From positions 147,808,001-147,872,000 of the forward strand of contig OZ024741.1 in NCBI GenBank assembly GCA_964016885.1: a stretch of DNA of 64,000 nt. Reading direction: 5' to 3'. The translations under genes were made by a program, and so were the position numbers. Of this stretch, positions 12,380 to 25,640 are shown piece by piece. Position 1 is the stretch's first letter; each line of letters starts with the position of its first letter. Source of the stretch: Eledone cirrhosa (lineage: Eukaryota). Under the pieces are notes generated by a model. That model was not told the origin of the DNA and searched no databases. It worked only from the letters and a program-made list of their open reading frames with translations.

Positions 12380-13835
12380 ACCAACACAACCACCTCCACT
12401 ATCATCCTCACCACAACTAGCATTATTACCACGATTATCGCCATCGCCACCACCATTATCACCATCACCACCTTCATTACCACTACCATCATCACCATCA
12501 CCACCTTCATCACCACCACCATTATCACCATCACCACCACCATTATCACCATCACCACCACCTTCATCACCACCACTATCATCCTCACCACCACTACCAT
12601 TATTACCATCACCACCACCATCACCATTATCACTATCACCATCTTCATCACCACCACCATTATCCCGCTACCACCTCCATCACCACCACCACCATTATCA
12701 TCATCACCACCTTCATCACCACCACCACTACCATTATCACCATCACCACCTTCATCAGCACCACCATTATCACCATCACCACGACCTTCATCACCCCCAC
12801 CACTACCCTCATCACCACCTTCATCACCCCCACCACTACCCTCATCACCACCTTCATCGCCACCACCATTATCACCATCACCACCACCTACATCAATCCC
12901 CACCACTACCCTCATCACCACCTCCATCACCCCCACCATTATCACCATCACCACCACCTACATCAATCCCCACCACTACCCTCATCACCACATCCATCAC
13001 CCCCACCATTATCACCATCACCACCTCCATCACCCCCACCATTATCACCATCACCACCACCTACACCACCCCCACCACTACCCTCATCACCACCTCCATC
13101 ACCCCCACCATTATCACCATCACCACCACATTCATCACCATCATCACCATCACCACCCCCATCACCACCTTCATCACCACCACCACTACCCTCATCACCA
13201 CCTCCATCACCGCCACCACTACCCTCATCACCACCTCCATCACCGCCACCATTATCACTATCACCACCTCCATCACCATCACCACTACCCTCATCACCAT
13301 CACCACCACCATTATCACCATCACCACCTCCATCACTACCACCTTTATCATCACCATTGTCACTATCACCACCTTAATCACCACCACTACCTCCACTACC
13401 TCCACCACCTTCGTCAACAACAACACCACTATCATCACAGCCATCAGGCCATCATAATCAGTAACACCACCATCATCATCACCACAACCACTACCATCAC
13501 CACCATCACCACTATTATTGCCCTCACTACCATCACCATCACTACCACCACTGCCACCATCACCATCACCTCAAACCATTAGCACCACCAGCACCACCAT
13601 CATTATCATCACCACCATCACATGCACCACCACCACATGCATCGCCATCATCACCTCCATCACATGCACTACCACCAGATGCACCACCTTCACATGCACC
13701 ACCACCACTACCACATGAACCACCACCACCACCACGTGCACCACCTTCACATGCACCACCACCACATGCACCACCATAACATGCACCACCACCACCACAT
13801 GCAACACCACAACCACCATAAGCGACATCATAGTT
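12380..13835. repeat. Degenerate (CAC/CAT)n low-complexity and minisatellite tract
   Basis: Repeated ACC/ATC triplets with higher-order units such as CCTCCATCACCCCCACCATTATCACCATCA. Confidence 0.93.
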
Positions 13836-13959
13836 ATCTCCCATTACTCTCTTTCAGTAACTCTGAAACCTAAGAATATACCTAACAAAACTGATATATA
13901 TCATACTAGTTGAGGTACACTCGAGTGAACAGTTGATAAGAGAAGACAGGTAGAAGAGA

Positions 13960-14399
13960 AAACGACTGCATTGGATATTCTGCCTTGAAGAGTCCTTTGT
14001 GCTCATCATGTTTGCATCGCAACTCTCATTGCCTCTCGGTGATTTTCATATTCAACTTCCGTTTGTTGGGATCATCTTTCTTCTTGCCTTAGTCTTTCTG
14101 TTTCCTGTCTCAGGTTCTGTTCACTTTCAGAAAGTTGCACTCGTCTTTCTTCTTGCCTTAATCTTTGTGTTTCCTGTCTCAGGTTCTGTTCACTCTCAGA
14201 AAGTTGCGATCGTCTTTCTTGTTGTCTTAACCTTTCTGTTTCCCGTCTTATATTCTACTGAATATCAAAATGTTGACTTTTCCCTTTATTCCCAAGTTTG
14301 TTTTTTTATATTGTTTGTGGGTTTCTCTTTCACTTGAAGATTTCAACCGTTTGGCGGATATTGTAACTCCCTGATAGATTAGCAGTGTTTTGGTGGCAT
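13960..14399 (-). pseudogene. Decayed ORF with 69-bp (23-aa) E/R/Q-rich repeats, STPR-like, possibly a Helitron N-terminus
   Basis: TTTCCTGTCTCAGG recurs at 14101 and 14170. The minus strand reads RQEERRVQLSESEQNLRQETERL per unit, preceded by MPPK and SAKRLKSSSERET. Stops and frameshifts present. Confidence 0.55.
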
Positions 14400-14519
14400 C
14401 ATCAAATTAACTTTCTTGGAAAATAGCAGGAAAAAAAAAACAATACAAAGCAATATTATGTTTAAATGCAAATAGCAGCCTTAGAGAATAGGTTGACACT
14501 ATCATCTGAATTAGGATAA

Positions 14520-14640
14520 TAATTGTTTCTACTTTTGGCACAAGGCCAGCAATTATCTCAGTACATTACTGGTACTTTATTTCATCGACCCCGTAAGGAT
14601 GAAAGGCAAAGTTAACCTCAGAAGTATTTGAACTCAGAAT
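14520..14640 (-). mobile_element. SINE fragment
   Basis: TTTCTACTTTTGGCACAAGGCCAGC...TTTGAACTCAG, same family as 7826. Confidence 0.85.
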
Positions 14641-15739
14641 TAGGATAATAATAACATGACACTATCCTCAAAAAGCTAAATTAATATACACTATAGATTA
14701 ATTTCAAATAGTATCTATTTTTTCTGTGTTCTGTAAAATCAAAGATTGATATAAAGCGACTTTATAAAAGCTAATGCAATATTGTTAAACCTTCAACTGA
14801 TACTTTGATCTAAAGACGATTCTAGACTTTTGTGGAATTACATCCCCCCCCCCCCCACAGACACACACACACATACATACACATCTTCGTTGACGCACAC
14901 ACACATGCACACAGAAATAAATATATAACATCTCTCTTTCACTTTCTCTTTTAATAGTTTAATAGTTAGTAGAGATGCGGGTGAGATGGATAGTAATGAT
15001 GATGATGATGATGATAAAGAGTGAATAAGATAATGGGTGATTGAATAGAAAACAGATGCCCTCCCTAGAGCTGGGCATAATAAGTGGGTGTATATCACAA
15101 AGGATAGAAAGAGGTGATTTAATTGGGAGTGTAGTGAGCAAGAAGCCCAATACAGCCTGTTACTATCATTACCACCTTAACAACCATTCCACTCTGCTTG
15201 CACCAAGAAATGGGTTTTCTTACACACAACACATTGTCAGCCATCTCCTTCATGAGGGTCGGCTTTTTGAGGTCTGTCTTCACCACTTCTTACCATGTCT
15301 TCCTTGGCCTCCATCTTTGACAAGCTCCTTTTACTTAAAACTCCCAACACTTCTTAATACAACTAGCATCCTTCATGTCAACACCGGCACAGTTTTCACT
15401 GATGTATACTACATTATATTCCTCTTATAGATAGCTTTTATTTTAATTTCTTTGTGCTGTCATTCATGTACACTAATGTTACACACAGACACTGCAATAT
15501 GCACACTTCATTGTTTTCCAATCATTTCAGATTGTTTATATTCAAGACCCATGTTTTGCTTCTATGCAATATTGCAGTCTGTACACATGTGTCAATTATA
15601 CATACTATGTACACAGTATAGAGTTTCTGCCTACTCCGTGCATATGGAACAGAGGCCTTATATTCCATCAAGGCAAGAAATATATTGAATTAAATTTATT
15701 AACTGGTAAATATTGTAAGTGTTTCAATATATATATAAA

Positions 15740-18700
15740 TCATCATCATTTTACGTCCGTTCTTCCCTGCTTGCAAGAGTGGGACGGGTCTTATTCAGCA
15801 CAGCATCTCTCTATTTGTCACGGTCCTTCGTCATCTCCACCGTGAGCTTCAGTGATCTGAGGTCTGTTCTCACCACCTCCGCCCATGTTTTTCCTGGTCT
15901 ACCTCTACCACGCCTTCCTTCAACTGGCATTTCCTCACCCATCGGTCATCTTCCATGCGCATCACATCTCCATGCCACTTCAGTCTCCTCTCCCGTACCC
16001 TACATTCTATCCCTCTCAGACACAGTTTCTCTCTCAACACATTCATGCTGGGCCGTTCACGCACATTGACATTGCACATCCAACAGAGCATGCTTGCCTC
16101 ATTTCCCTCCAGCCGTCGCATATCCTCTGCAGTTGCTGCCCATGTCTCACTACCATGCAACATCGCGCTCCTCACACAGGCATCATATAACCGGCCTTTC
16201 GTACGCAGGGAGAAACCCTTCTTCTTCAGCAGAGGAAGCAGCTCCCTAAACTTCTTCCAACCCGTCCTTATTCTAGATACTATGGCCTCGGAACACCCCC
16301 CTCCCATGCTAATCTGATCTCCTAGGTACCGGAAGCTATCCATCACTTCTATAGCACCCGCCTGCATTTGAAAAATGTGTCTATCAATGTGACTTCTACT
16401 GTCTAATTTCCCTGTACAACTACTGCATACATATTTCTCCCTACCTGTTAGTTTGCCTGCTATCCCGCTACATCTCTTTTATACCTAGGATATGCATTGT
16501 GTGCATTTTATAGAATTTATCCCAGTTCCTTTTCTGCATATCGAACATGGCCATTTCCATGACAGAATCAGAGTTTTGTCCTCTTTTCTACTCATCAACA
16601 CTTTTGTCTTAGCTAGGTTCACTCTCAGTCCTCTTGCTTCCAACTGCTGTTTCCATAGCCAGAATTTATTCTCTAGCTCCTCTACTGATTCTGCTATAAG
16701 AACCAGATCGTCAGCATAGAGAAGTTCCCATGGACAGCCAGTCTTAAACTCCTCTGTTATGGCTTGGAGGACTATAATGAACAAGAGCGGGCTGAGGACC
16801 GAACCTTGATGTACTTCTACTTGTATCTGGAATTCCTCACTAAACTCCATTCCTACCCTGACTTTACTGACAGTACCTCTGTACAAAGTTTGCATTGTCC
16901 TCACAAGCCATTCCTCAACACCTAGTTTCCTTAGGGACCACCAGATGACAGATCGGGGTACCCTATCAAAGGCCTTCTCTAGGTCAACAAAGATTAAGTA
17001 TAGTGGCTTATTTTTCTCTAAAAACCTCTCTTGAAATTGTCTCACCAAGAAGAGGGCATCTGTTGTACTCTTCCCAGGCACAAAACTAAACTGCATCTCA
17101 TCTAGTTTGATCCTTTCTCTAATTAGTTGTGCTAATATCCTTTCTGCCACTTTCATAACCTGATCCATCAGTTTTATACCCCTATAATTGCTCCTCTCCA
17201 GAGCATCCCCTTTACCTTTGTAGCAATTTATGAGAATACTGCTGCACCAGTCTTTGGGTATGACACCACCATATATAGCCTGATTAATGATGCGTGAAAC
17301 CAGTTTAGTGCCTACGTCCCCTGATGCCTTCAGCATCTCAGCAACTATTCCCGATGGTCCAGCAGCCTTACCATTTTTCATTTCCTTAATCGCCTCTTGG
17401 ATCCTATATCCGTCAATCTCAATAGCTGGTCCATCTGTCGGATCTACTGGCGGTAATTTCACTCTCTCCCATTCGTTCTCCAGATTCATCAGTCTCTCAT
17501 AATGACATTTCCAGGCCTCCTTTTTCTGATCATTCGTGACACTAAGTATACCGGCATCGTTCCGGACACATTTATCTCCAACAACATCCTGATTTGCATT
17601 GACACACTGCCTTGTAATGTGGAACACCGAACGCCTCTGATCTTCCCGTCGCAGAACATTGGCAAACTTCCTACTCTCAGCCTCCCTGCGTGCTAAGTAC
17701 ACCTAACATCTAGCTTCTCTCTTAGCGGCTGTATATTCTTCCCTACTCCCACCCTTTTTCCAAGCCTTCCATGCTAGTCTTTTGTCTCTAATGGCCTTAT
17801 CTACTGGGCGGGCTGTTCCACCACCAGGTCACTCTCTGTATGGTTGGAGCTCTGCTCCAGCCACAAGTTTCATCAGTAGCCTGCAGTAAGTTGTCATGTA
17901 AAAAATTCCAGTTATCATCTATGTCATACGTCTATAAATCGTCTTCTTTTTCGTCATACACATCTTGAAGGGCTTTCCTAAATTTGTCTTTTAGTGAAAG
18001 GTCTTTTAGCTTCCAGACCTTTCTTTTCCACACATTCCTGTATGTCTCATTCCATCTCTTGCTTACTGAGATGTCACTAACGACTAACCTATGCTGTTGA
18101 GTACCTTCTTCCCCGGGGTATGCCTGAGTATTTGACACTATCTGTCTGTCTCGCTGCCTAACTAGTAAGAAGTCAATCTGGCTTATGTGCTCGCCAGATT
18201 TGTAGGTTATTAGGTGGTTGGTAGGTTTCTGGAAGTTAGTGTTGCAAATGGTTAGCGCACTTGCATCACAAAATTCAAGACGCTTCACTCCTTCTTCATT
18301 TCTTGAGCTGTAACCGTGCCCACCATGTACCTCAGTGTATCCATCCTGGAACTGTGCAACATGACCATTGAAGTCCCCTGCTAGCATAACGACGTCTCCG
18401 TCCTCTGTCATTCAGGCTGTTTGTAAAAGTTGCTCGTAAAAGCATACTTTCTCTTCTTTACCTAGGCTTGCCTGGGGAACATAGGCAGAGATGATTGTCA
18501 GTAGTCTCTTGCCTACAACTAATCTAAGCTTAATTATTCTATTACTAACTCTAACTACCTTTATTATCTTATCGATCCATCTCTCAGCCAGTAATATGCC
18601 TACCCCACCTAACCCATCATCATTACCTACCCAGAAAAGCTTATAACTAAGATGTTTGCTTGCGATAAGTCTTGCAGAGGCACCTCTCCATCTCACCTCT

Positions 18701-18910
18701 TGCAGGCAGCACACATCCACATGCCTTCTCTCCAGCATCTCCACTATCGCACCAGATCTTCCTGTTAGAGTGCCAACATTAAGTGTGGCAAATCTGAGAT
18801 GTGACGTCTTCATATCCTTGTTCTTTTTCCTTTTGTGCGATTGCTTGATCACAGGGGTTCTCGCACATGGCCTCACCAGCCACCCCACTACCGTGCGCAT
18901 CCCTAACATG
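15740..18910 (-). mobile_element. RTE-clade LINE, near full length, with stops and frameshifts
   Basis: APE motifs (ATLNVGTL, CCLQEVRW, AGDFNGHV, SQIDFLL), RT (NYRGIKL, VDLEKAFDRV, QGSVLSP, YADD), a Cys-rich WPCSIC insert, MLHGSETW and an (ATG)n 3' tail near 15740. Confidence 0.93.
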
Positions 18911-18928
18911 GTTAGTGTTATTGCTGTT

Positions 18929-19989
18929 TACACAAAAAAATGTTTATATATCAAGCTTCTTTCTGTCCTGATGCCTCTATATGAATGCTCGAGTATTGGT
19001 GTTCAGATAAATGGTGCTAAATTGAAACCATTCAATGTGAGATCAGACTCTGCCAAGGGTGCATGCTGTCTCTTCTCCTGTTTATTGGATTGACATGTGC
19101 AGCCGGGTTGGAAGTGGCAGGTGTAAAATCAGTCGGCTAGAATTTGCAGACAACAAGGTGTTACTCAACAGAAGGTGATCTCTGACTTGCACTTGATAGG
19201 TTTGAAACTGAGTGCTTCATGACTGGAAAGAAAATTAGTGCTGCAAAAACTGAGACACTCGTCTTCTCAAAGAAGCCTGCAGAGTGCACTCTGCATGTGA
19301 ATGAAGTTCCATTGAAGCAGATGGAGAAGTTCAAGTATCTCAGAGCCATATTCATGAGTGATGGAAGGCAGGAGACTGAGTTAAGTGCAAGAATTGCATG
19401 AGCTGGTGCAGTAATACGCCAACTTTGTCAATCAGTAACCAGAGAAGGGAGGTAGATGTAAAAGCTAAACTCGTTATCTTCAATTTGGTATTCATGTCAA
19501 CCCTTAGCTATGGTCATAAATCTTAGCTAATGACCGAAAGAATATGATCGCGAATACAAGCGGCCAAAATGGGATGCCTCCATATCTATATATTATCATT
19601 AAGTCCAGCTCTACAATGAAAACATAACAGGAACATGCATTTCGTTGGCTTAACCAACTTTTCAACCTGTGCTGGGGGAAAAAGAACTGGAAATAATTTA
19701 TATAAGGGAGGGAGATCAACTTGTGCTAGGGAAAAAAGAACCAGAAATAGCTTAGGAATAATATAAAGGAAGGAAGAAAATTATAGAAAGAAATGTTAAG
19801 AAACCAGCATGGGGGACCCTTGCAGTTAGAATGAATGAGTATAGAGTTACATGCTACGTAGGCCGTAGGCCAAACCCAAAAGATTCGAAAGAAGGATAAC
19901 GTAGGGATAAAGTAAGGTATAGGAGCAAATATGTTTTTAGAGTTAACTGCAGCGAAATAAATTAAAAAAGCCCATTTAGGCTACTGACA
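18929..19989. repeat. Outer left arm of the large palindrome, containing an RTE RT fragment (about 19100-19580, +)
   Basis: Reverse complement of 45937-47004. The ORF track gives an identical 60-aa peptide at 19219-19401 (+) and 46526-46708 (-). Confidence 0.92.
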
Positions 19990-20096
19990 CATTTTCATAA
20001 CTAGATCGAAGACTGTATTAACTGGAAACTCACCATTTTCAAGATGATATTTGTCATTACTGAGATTACGTGTTGGAAACTGAACCAAATCATATA

Positions 20097-20280
20097 ATTG
20101 TTTCTACTTTAGGCACAAGGCCAGCAAATACCCAGTGCATTACTGGTACTTTATTTTATCGACCCCGTAAGGATGAAAGGCAAAGTCAACCTCGGAGGGA
20201 TTTGAACTCAGATCGTAAAGGGACGTAACTATGCTGGAAAGCATGGCGTGCGACCCTCTACCGATACTGCCAATCCACCG
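20097..20280 (-). mobile_element. SINE, present in the left arm only
   Basis: Long copy of the SINE family. The mirrored site at about 37755-37775 lacks it. Confidence 0.85.
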
Positions 20281-21019
20281 TTTATGCAGTCTTTATATAT
20301 TAAATTACCATATTTCCCGGCGTCGAAGGCGCTACTTTTTTTTCATAAAATAAGTCTGGAGGCCGACGGTTGTTTATTATTTTTTTTTTTCAAATTTTTG
20401 CCGCCGGGAAATACAGTAAAATGTGTTCGCCTGGCTATAATCGACTAGAAACAGCAATGAAAAAAACATAGTTGGTAATTGTTTATCATAGAAATGTGAG
20501 CAAAGTTCATATGTCTGAAACCTAAAGTAACACAGAAAAAAGCCTACTTAACCTTACCCGGACGAAAGCTAGGAAATTTCGCAATTTATCATTCATCTTA
20601 ATGTTATCTCCATAATTATGCAGTTGGTGCCAGTACATCTCCCAACAAGATATGATTTCTGCTCTGTTAACCTGGCTTTCACACACTGAAGCATTAACAC
20701 TGCAGTAACTCAACCACTCTTACAACACGCGGGTTTCATTTACAAACAAAAGAAAAAGAAAAGAAAACACAGAAAAATTAATTCAAAAACAAACAAAAAA
20801 AGATCTATCGCCTTGCTTCTCCAAATTTTTATCGGTGAAGATTCTCATCAAGCATCTGCTAACGAAATGTGTTAGTTTTTGAAGCCCCAACTTGTTCGTG
20901 CAGCAATTCGGCAATCTTGGAAAAGTTAATTCTACATAAGTGGATATAATTCAGACTAAGAGTCAGACCTGTAGTGATTGAATGAATTTCTCCACAATTT
21001 AGCTGCCCATATTATAGAT

Positions 21020-22430
21020 CATCTTGCCCGTGTTGATCTACCAAAACTACCATAGGAGCTGTATCGGCATCACCGAGGCTCAAGCCGAAATGCTTCAATA
21101 CTGGACCTGTAATCAGTTCCACTCTGATGTACTCCGCTGGTTCAGGCGTGGGACTGACGGCCTTCGACCTCAGCACCTCAAGGATGGTATCTCCATATCG
21201 GCCGGTGACGACGGACTCGAGCTCTTGGAGAGTCTGACTCAGTTTGTGAATCGGTTCTCTTCAGTGAACATTCTGCCCTATATCCGCCCACTGTTCTTCC
21301 GTGCGAAATTATTCGGTTTCGCTAAACCCAACGGAGACCTGCGCCCCATTGCGGTTGGTTGCACCCTTCGTCGTCTCACTACAAATATGTGTTTTCTATC
21401 GGTCTCTGACTCACTGTCGCAGGAATTTTCCACCATCCAGCTGGGGGTGGGTACCAAGCTGGGACGTGAGACTGCATAAATTCTAAGGCCTCCTTCGACT
21501 CACTCTTCGACCAGTCGGATCAGTTTTCAAGGTGTCGCTTACTGTCTGCCAGCGCCAAATACCTAGGCCACTGGGTTGATGTCCTACTCGTGGCTAACGG
21601 GTAGGGCATCAACTTCGTGTATCCATTGCCCTCAGAGTGGGAGCTGACGTCTGTACGGGTCGGAGGTGTCGATGTGACAAACTCCTCAACTCCACAGGCC
21701 TCCCCCGTCGTTCTTGCCGCCTGAATGCCGGTCACTTCGCGCATCACACAGAACTAAACTTCATTTTCAAGAGAGCTTTGGCCCGAGCATAAATCCTCTC
21801 AATTTTGGAACCGTGGATTGTCTAGAATTGATGAGAAAAATCTGAGGGCCTTGCCTTGTGTCCCTAGTCGAGAGGCAGGTGCCTTGTCTGGGACGTCACA
21901 GTTAGTGACTCTTTTGTTTCTTCCCACATCCTGGATGTTGCGGTTAGGGCGAGAACCACAGCTCCCGCAGCCGAACGGAACAAAATCCTAAAATACCGTG
22001 ATCTCTCGGCGAACGACATCTTCGAAACGTTTGGGAAAGTCGGGCTACTGACTGTGAGATTCTTATATTCACTGGCGGCCCGCCTAACAGAGGTAACTGG
22101 TGAAGCTCGTGGGGGCGCTTGGTTGTTTTAGCGCATCAGCTTCACCATCACCCGAGGTAACGCCGCGGGCGTACTGGATTGCCTAAAAGATCATTAGAGA
22201 TGTTTCCCAGTGCTCCTCGTGATTCTGTTATCTTTTTCTCCTGGTAGCGGCTCGGTTGTCCACCCCTTTCGCCTGCCTATTATTGTAAGTGGTCCCTGGT
22301 GTGTGTGCTAACCGCTTCTGTGATTTTGCTTGTTTTTTTTTCTTTTTTTTCTTTTCTCTTTCTTTTCCTCTTTCTTTTTTTCTTTTCCCTTTCCCTTTCC
22401 TTTATATCATATTTGTTTGTGCTTTCGTTC
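21020..22430 (+). mobile_element. CRE-clade-like retroelement, heavily deleted
   Basis: HRSCIG...WTCNQ, GTDGLRPQHL, LRPIAVG, QLGVG and QRISFTITRGNAA. Mirror of 34400-36960. Confidence 0.8.
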
Positions 22431-22455
22431 TGTAGGCTTTGTATTATTATATTTC

Positions 22456-22802
22456 TTTAAATATATACATAAATAACATTACAAATACGTAAATAACATA
22501 AATAAAAAGAAATATAATAATTATTTCTACTTTTGGCACAAGACCAGCAATTATCCCAATGCATTACTGGTACTCTATTTCATCGACCCCGTAAGGATGA
22601 TAGGCAAAACTCGGCGGGTCTAAGTTCAAATCCCGCCGAGGTTAACTTTGCCTTTCATCCTTACGAGGTCGATGAAATAAAGTGCCAGTAATGCACTGGG
22701 ATAATTGCTGGCCTTGTGACAAAAGTAGAAATAATTATCATATTTCTTTTTATTTATAATGTTATTTACGTATTTGTAATGGTATTTATGTATATATTTA
22801 AA
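22456..22802. repeat. Fold-back palindrome centred in a SINE
   Basis: Two head-to-head SINE halves plus about 65 bp of mirrored AT-rich flank on each side. Confidence 0.88.
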
Positions 22803-22844
22803 ACATATTTGTAATATTATTCAACACTAAATAAAAAGTGGAAA

Positions 22845-25640
22845 ATCAGACTGCAATCCCAGGAAAATTATTCGTTCTACTGTCTTATCATCATCTGGCG
22901 GCCTCAGCCGAAATAGACGCCACAATTGATCTCTACGTGAGTCAGTCGTTCACTGCTTTTGCTAAGTCCTGGATTGCAATAGCAGAATCTCTGGAGATGA
23001 CATCGGGATAGGAGAGCTTGCGCCTCCTGTTATTAGTGACTGCTTGTGGTATCCAAAGTACTAATAGGGACACAGCCTCAGATGTGACATGATGGAAGTG
23101 GCCAGCAAATCTTACTCTCCTTTTACATACAACAATATTTCTTTCAAAGGCAGATGTCGCCAGCTTATGTCTGAATGCGTGGATGAAAGCGTCCATGTTT
23201 CACTTCCATATAGTAAAATTGGTTGAATTGTTACTTGGAAGAGTTTGATTTTGGTGTGGTTGGAAAGATTTCAGCACCAAACTCGATCATTCTTGTTGCA
23301 AGCTGACCATGCTTGGGCCTTTCTGGTGGCAAAACCGTTCACAGAGTCCATGATCTCCGACCCAAGATATTTAAAATCCTCGACTTGCTTTATATCACTG
23401 CTTTTGATTGCTTTGATGTTGTTGCCTGTACAGTTTGATATGCACTCTGTTTTATCCTCGTCTAGATGAAGGTCAACGAGGGCGGCTGCTTTCTGGGGAG
23501 ATGTCAAAAGTTGTTGCGCATTTTCTAGGCAATCTGCGAGAATCGCAATGTCATCCGCAAAGTCAAGGTCAGTGAGATGTTCAGAGGGGTGCATCGAGCT
23601 CATGCGGGATTTGATGGTTATACCTTTGTTATTAATTTTGTCAATTGAGAGTCTCAGAGCGTAGTCAAGTGCAATGATAAAGAGGAATGGAGCATTCCTG
23701 CTTTTAGCCAAATTGTTGGAGAAGTTTGGTTGCAGATTGATAATAGCACTGAAAGGAGGTTTGGATCTTTCCAAATTACACTGGGTATGTTGTCGAGACC
23801 GGGTGATTCTTTGTTTTCAGGTGTTTCGATCATCTTGTTGATCTCACTCAAGGTGAAAAGTCCAGTGGAGATGTCGAGTTCAGGGGATACCACAGACTTT
23901 GAGAGAACGCTTTCTACAGATGATGGTTCGCCCAGTAGACCCTTGACGTGGTCATTCCAGCTCCTTTTGCTAGCTCCTGAGAGCCTCCTTTGATGATGGG
24001 TGAAGGCTTCTCTTTTCTGCCAGTTATTTCGTTGACTAGAGCCCATGTGACTGCGTGCTGTTTTTTTATATGAATGATCTTAAGTTTGTTTATTTTTCCT
24101 TCGACATACTCAGCTAAGCAGTTGTGTACGCCTCATCAAGGTCTTTTTGCATTAGGTCATTTAACTTTTCAGTAAACTAGTTGGATTTGGGATGTACTGA
24201 GAAGAAAGACTTTGCAATTTGTTGCGCACTGAGGATACTAAGATATGTGAGCTCAATTTCGTGAGCTTCCTTTTGATCCATTTGTGCAAGCTGGAAAGAA
24301 CAACTTCCTCATTTGCAGCAATTAGATTGGAGTGTTTAGTCTCAATGGAATCATCAGTAAAGGGTAGTTCAGAGAACCTATTGTAGACACTAATTGCATA
24401 CCAACTGAAGAGCTCCTTATTTGATGACACTAACCTCCAGTCAATTTGTCTCATAGGACAAATTTCTTAGGAGCGCGAAGGCTAAAAGTAACTTTGGAAG
24501 AGACAATCCTGAGATCAAATCCCACGTGGAAGAAGGGGGAATAGGTTTCAGAGTTGCGTACAATGTTTCGCCATTTTTTCCGATATAGGATATAATCCAA
24601 TTCAGCTCTACTACCGTTAGGGTAGGTGAATGACCAGAGCTTGCATTGTTTTTTCATGAAGCTATTTGTAGACGAGATGAGTTCAAATCCGTCAAGGAAT
24701 TGGAGAAGTATTTCACCATTTCAGTTTGTTTCAGTGTTGAAGGTGAACTTTACATCGTCAGGGCCTAGTTTGGTATTGAAGTCGCCTGCAATAGTAAGGA
24801 AGTTATGGACAGGGACTTTTTTCAATGACCGATCTCAGAGACTGACAGAAACTGGTTGCAGTTTTTTCTCATCACTGCTATTTGTTGGGTATAAATGTGA
24901 GTTTGGGATTTGAGTTGAACTTGGCAACCATTATTCTATCGTCTCTTTTCAATGTTGTTAAGGTTCTCACGTGCCTTTGATGAGAGAAGCATACCGACTC
25001 CACAAATGGTGACGTTATTGGAGTTTTTGAATGCAGAGGTTGTGAGAAGCTGGAAATTGTCAGATTTGTAAACTTTAGGTCTACATCAGGATGGAAATGT
25101 CTATTCACTTGAAGACTGACGATGTAATAACGTTGCGTTTAGCGCTCGTTACTAGCTCATCAAGTCTGCCAAGAGGACCGAGGGATTTGACACTGAATGT
25201 GTTAAAGCGAGCAGGATGTTTACACTTTAGGAGAGGTTTTTATCTGCCTTCTGCTCTATCGAGAACAGTCTGCCTAGATAAGTCCAGGCTGAAGACTGAT
25301 CTGTCATTATTCTCAGAAGAGGGGATGTGAGTTTCAGGAAAATCAGCTAAGGCAGTGACTTGAACACTGGTGTAAATCAATGAATAGTCCATTTTTTCAA
25401 TATCTGAATACAAGAGCGCATTTCCAGGACTGCACAGGCAATTTTTAAGCTACATACAGCTCCTATTTAGCCCATAGGTGAAGGCATTATTGATATGACT
25501 TCCAAGCGTCCTCTAGTTGGTTTTTCCATGTTTCTGGGATGTTTTCCTTCCTGGTATCTTTCATTGGCACTCCATCTCCAGACTGATGGCTTGGAAGCGC
25601 CCGCGTAATCTAACTTTGCTCAGGCTCTAAATGGTATTTG
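22845..25640 (-). mobile_element. Decayed RTE-like LINE with internal RT deletion
   Basis: IAGDFN, ELDYIL, SPGLDNIP, APFLFII, LDFADDI, FKYLGS and RFAGH motifs. Confidence 0.85.

Noticed and set aside
12270-13873. Long Pro/His/Thr-rich and Gly/Val-rich ORFs
   Set aside because: They arise from a stop-poor (CAC/CAT)n tract open in many frames on both strands. No evidence of a real protein.
13999-14337. Hydrophobic repeat ORF resembling a membrane protein
   Set aside because: Antisense shadow of the E/R/Q-rich 23-aa repeat on the minus strand.
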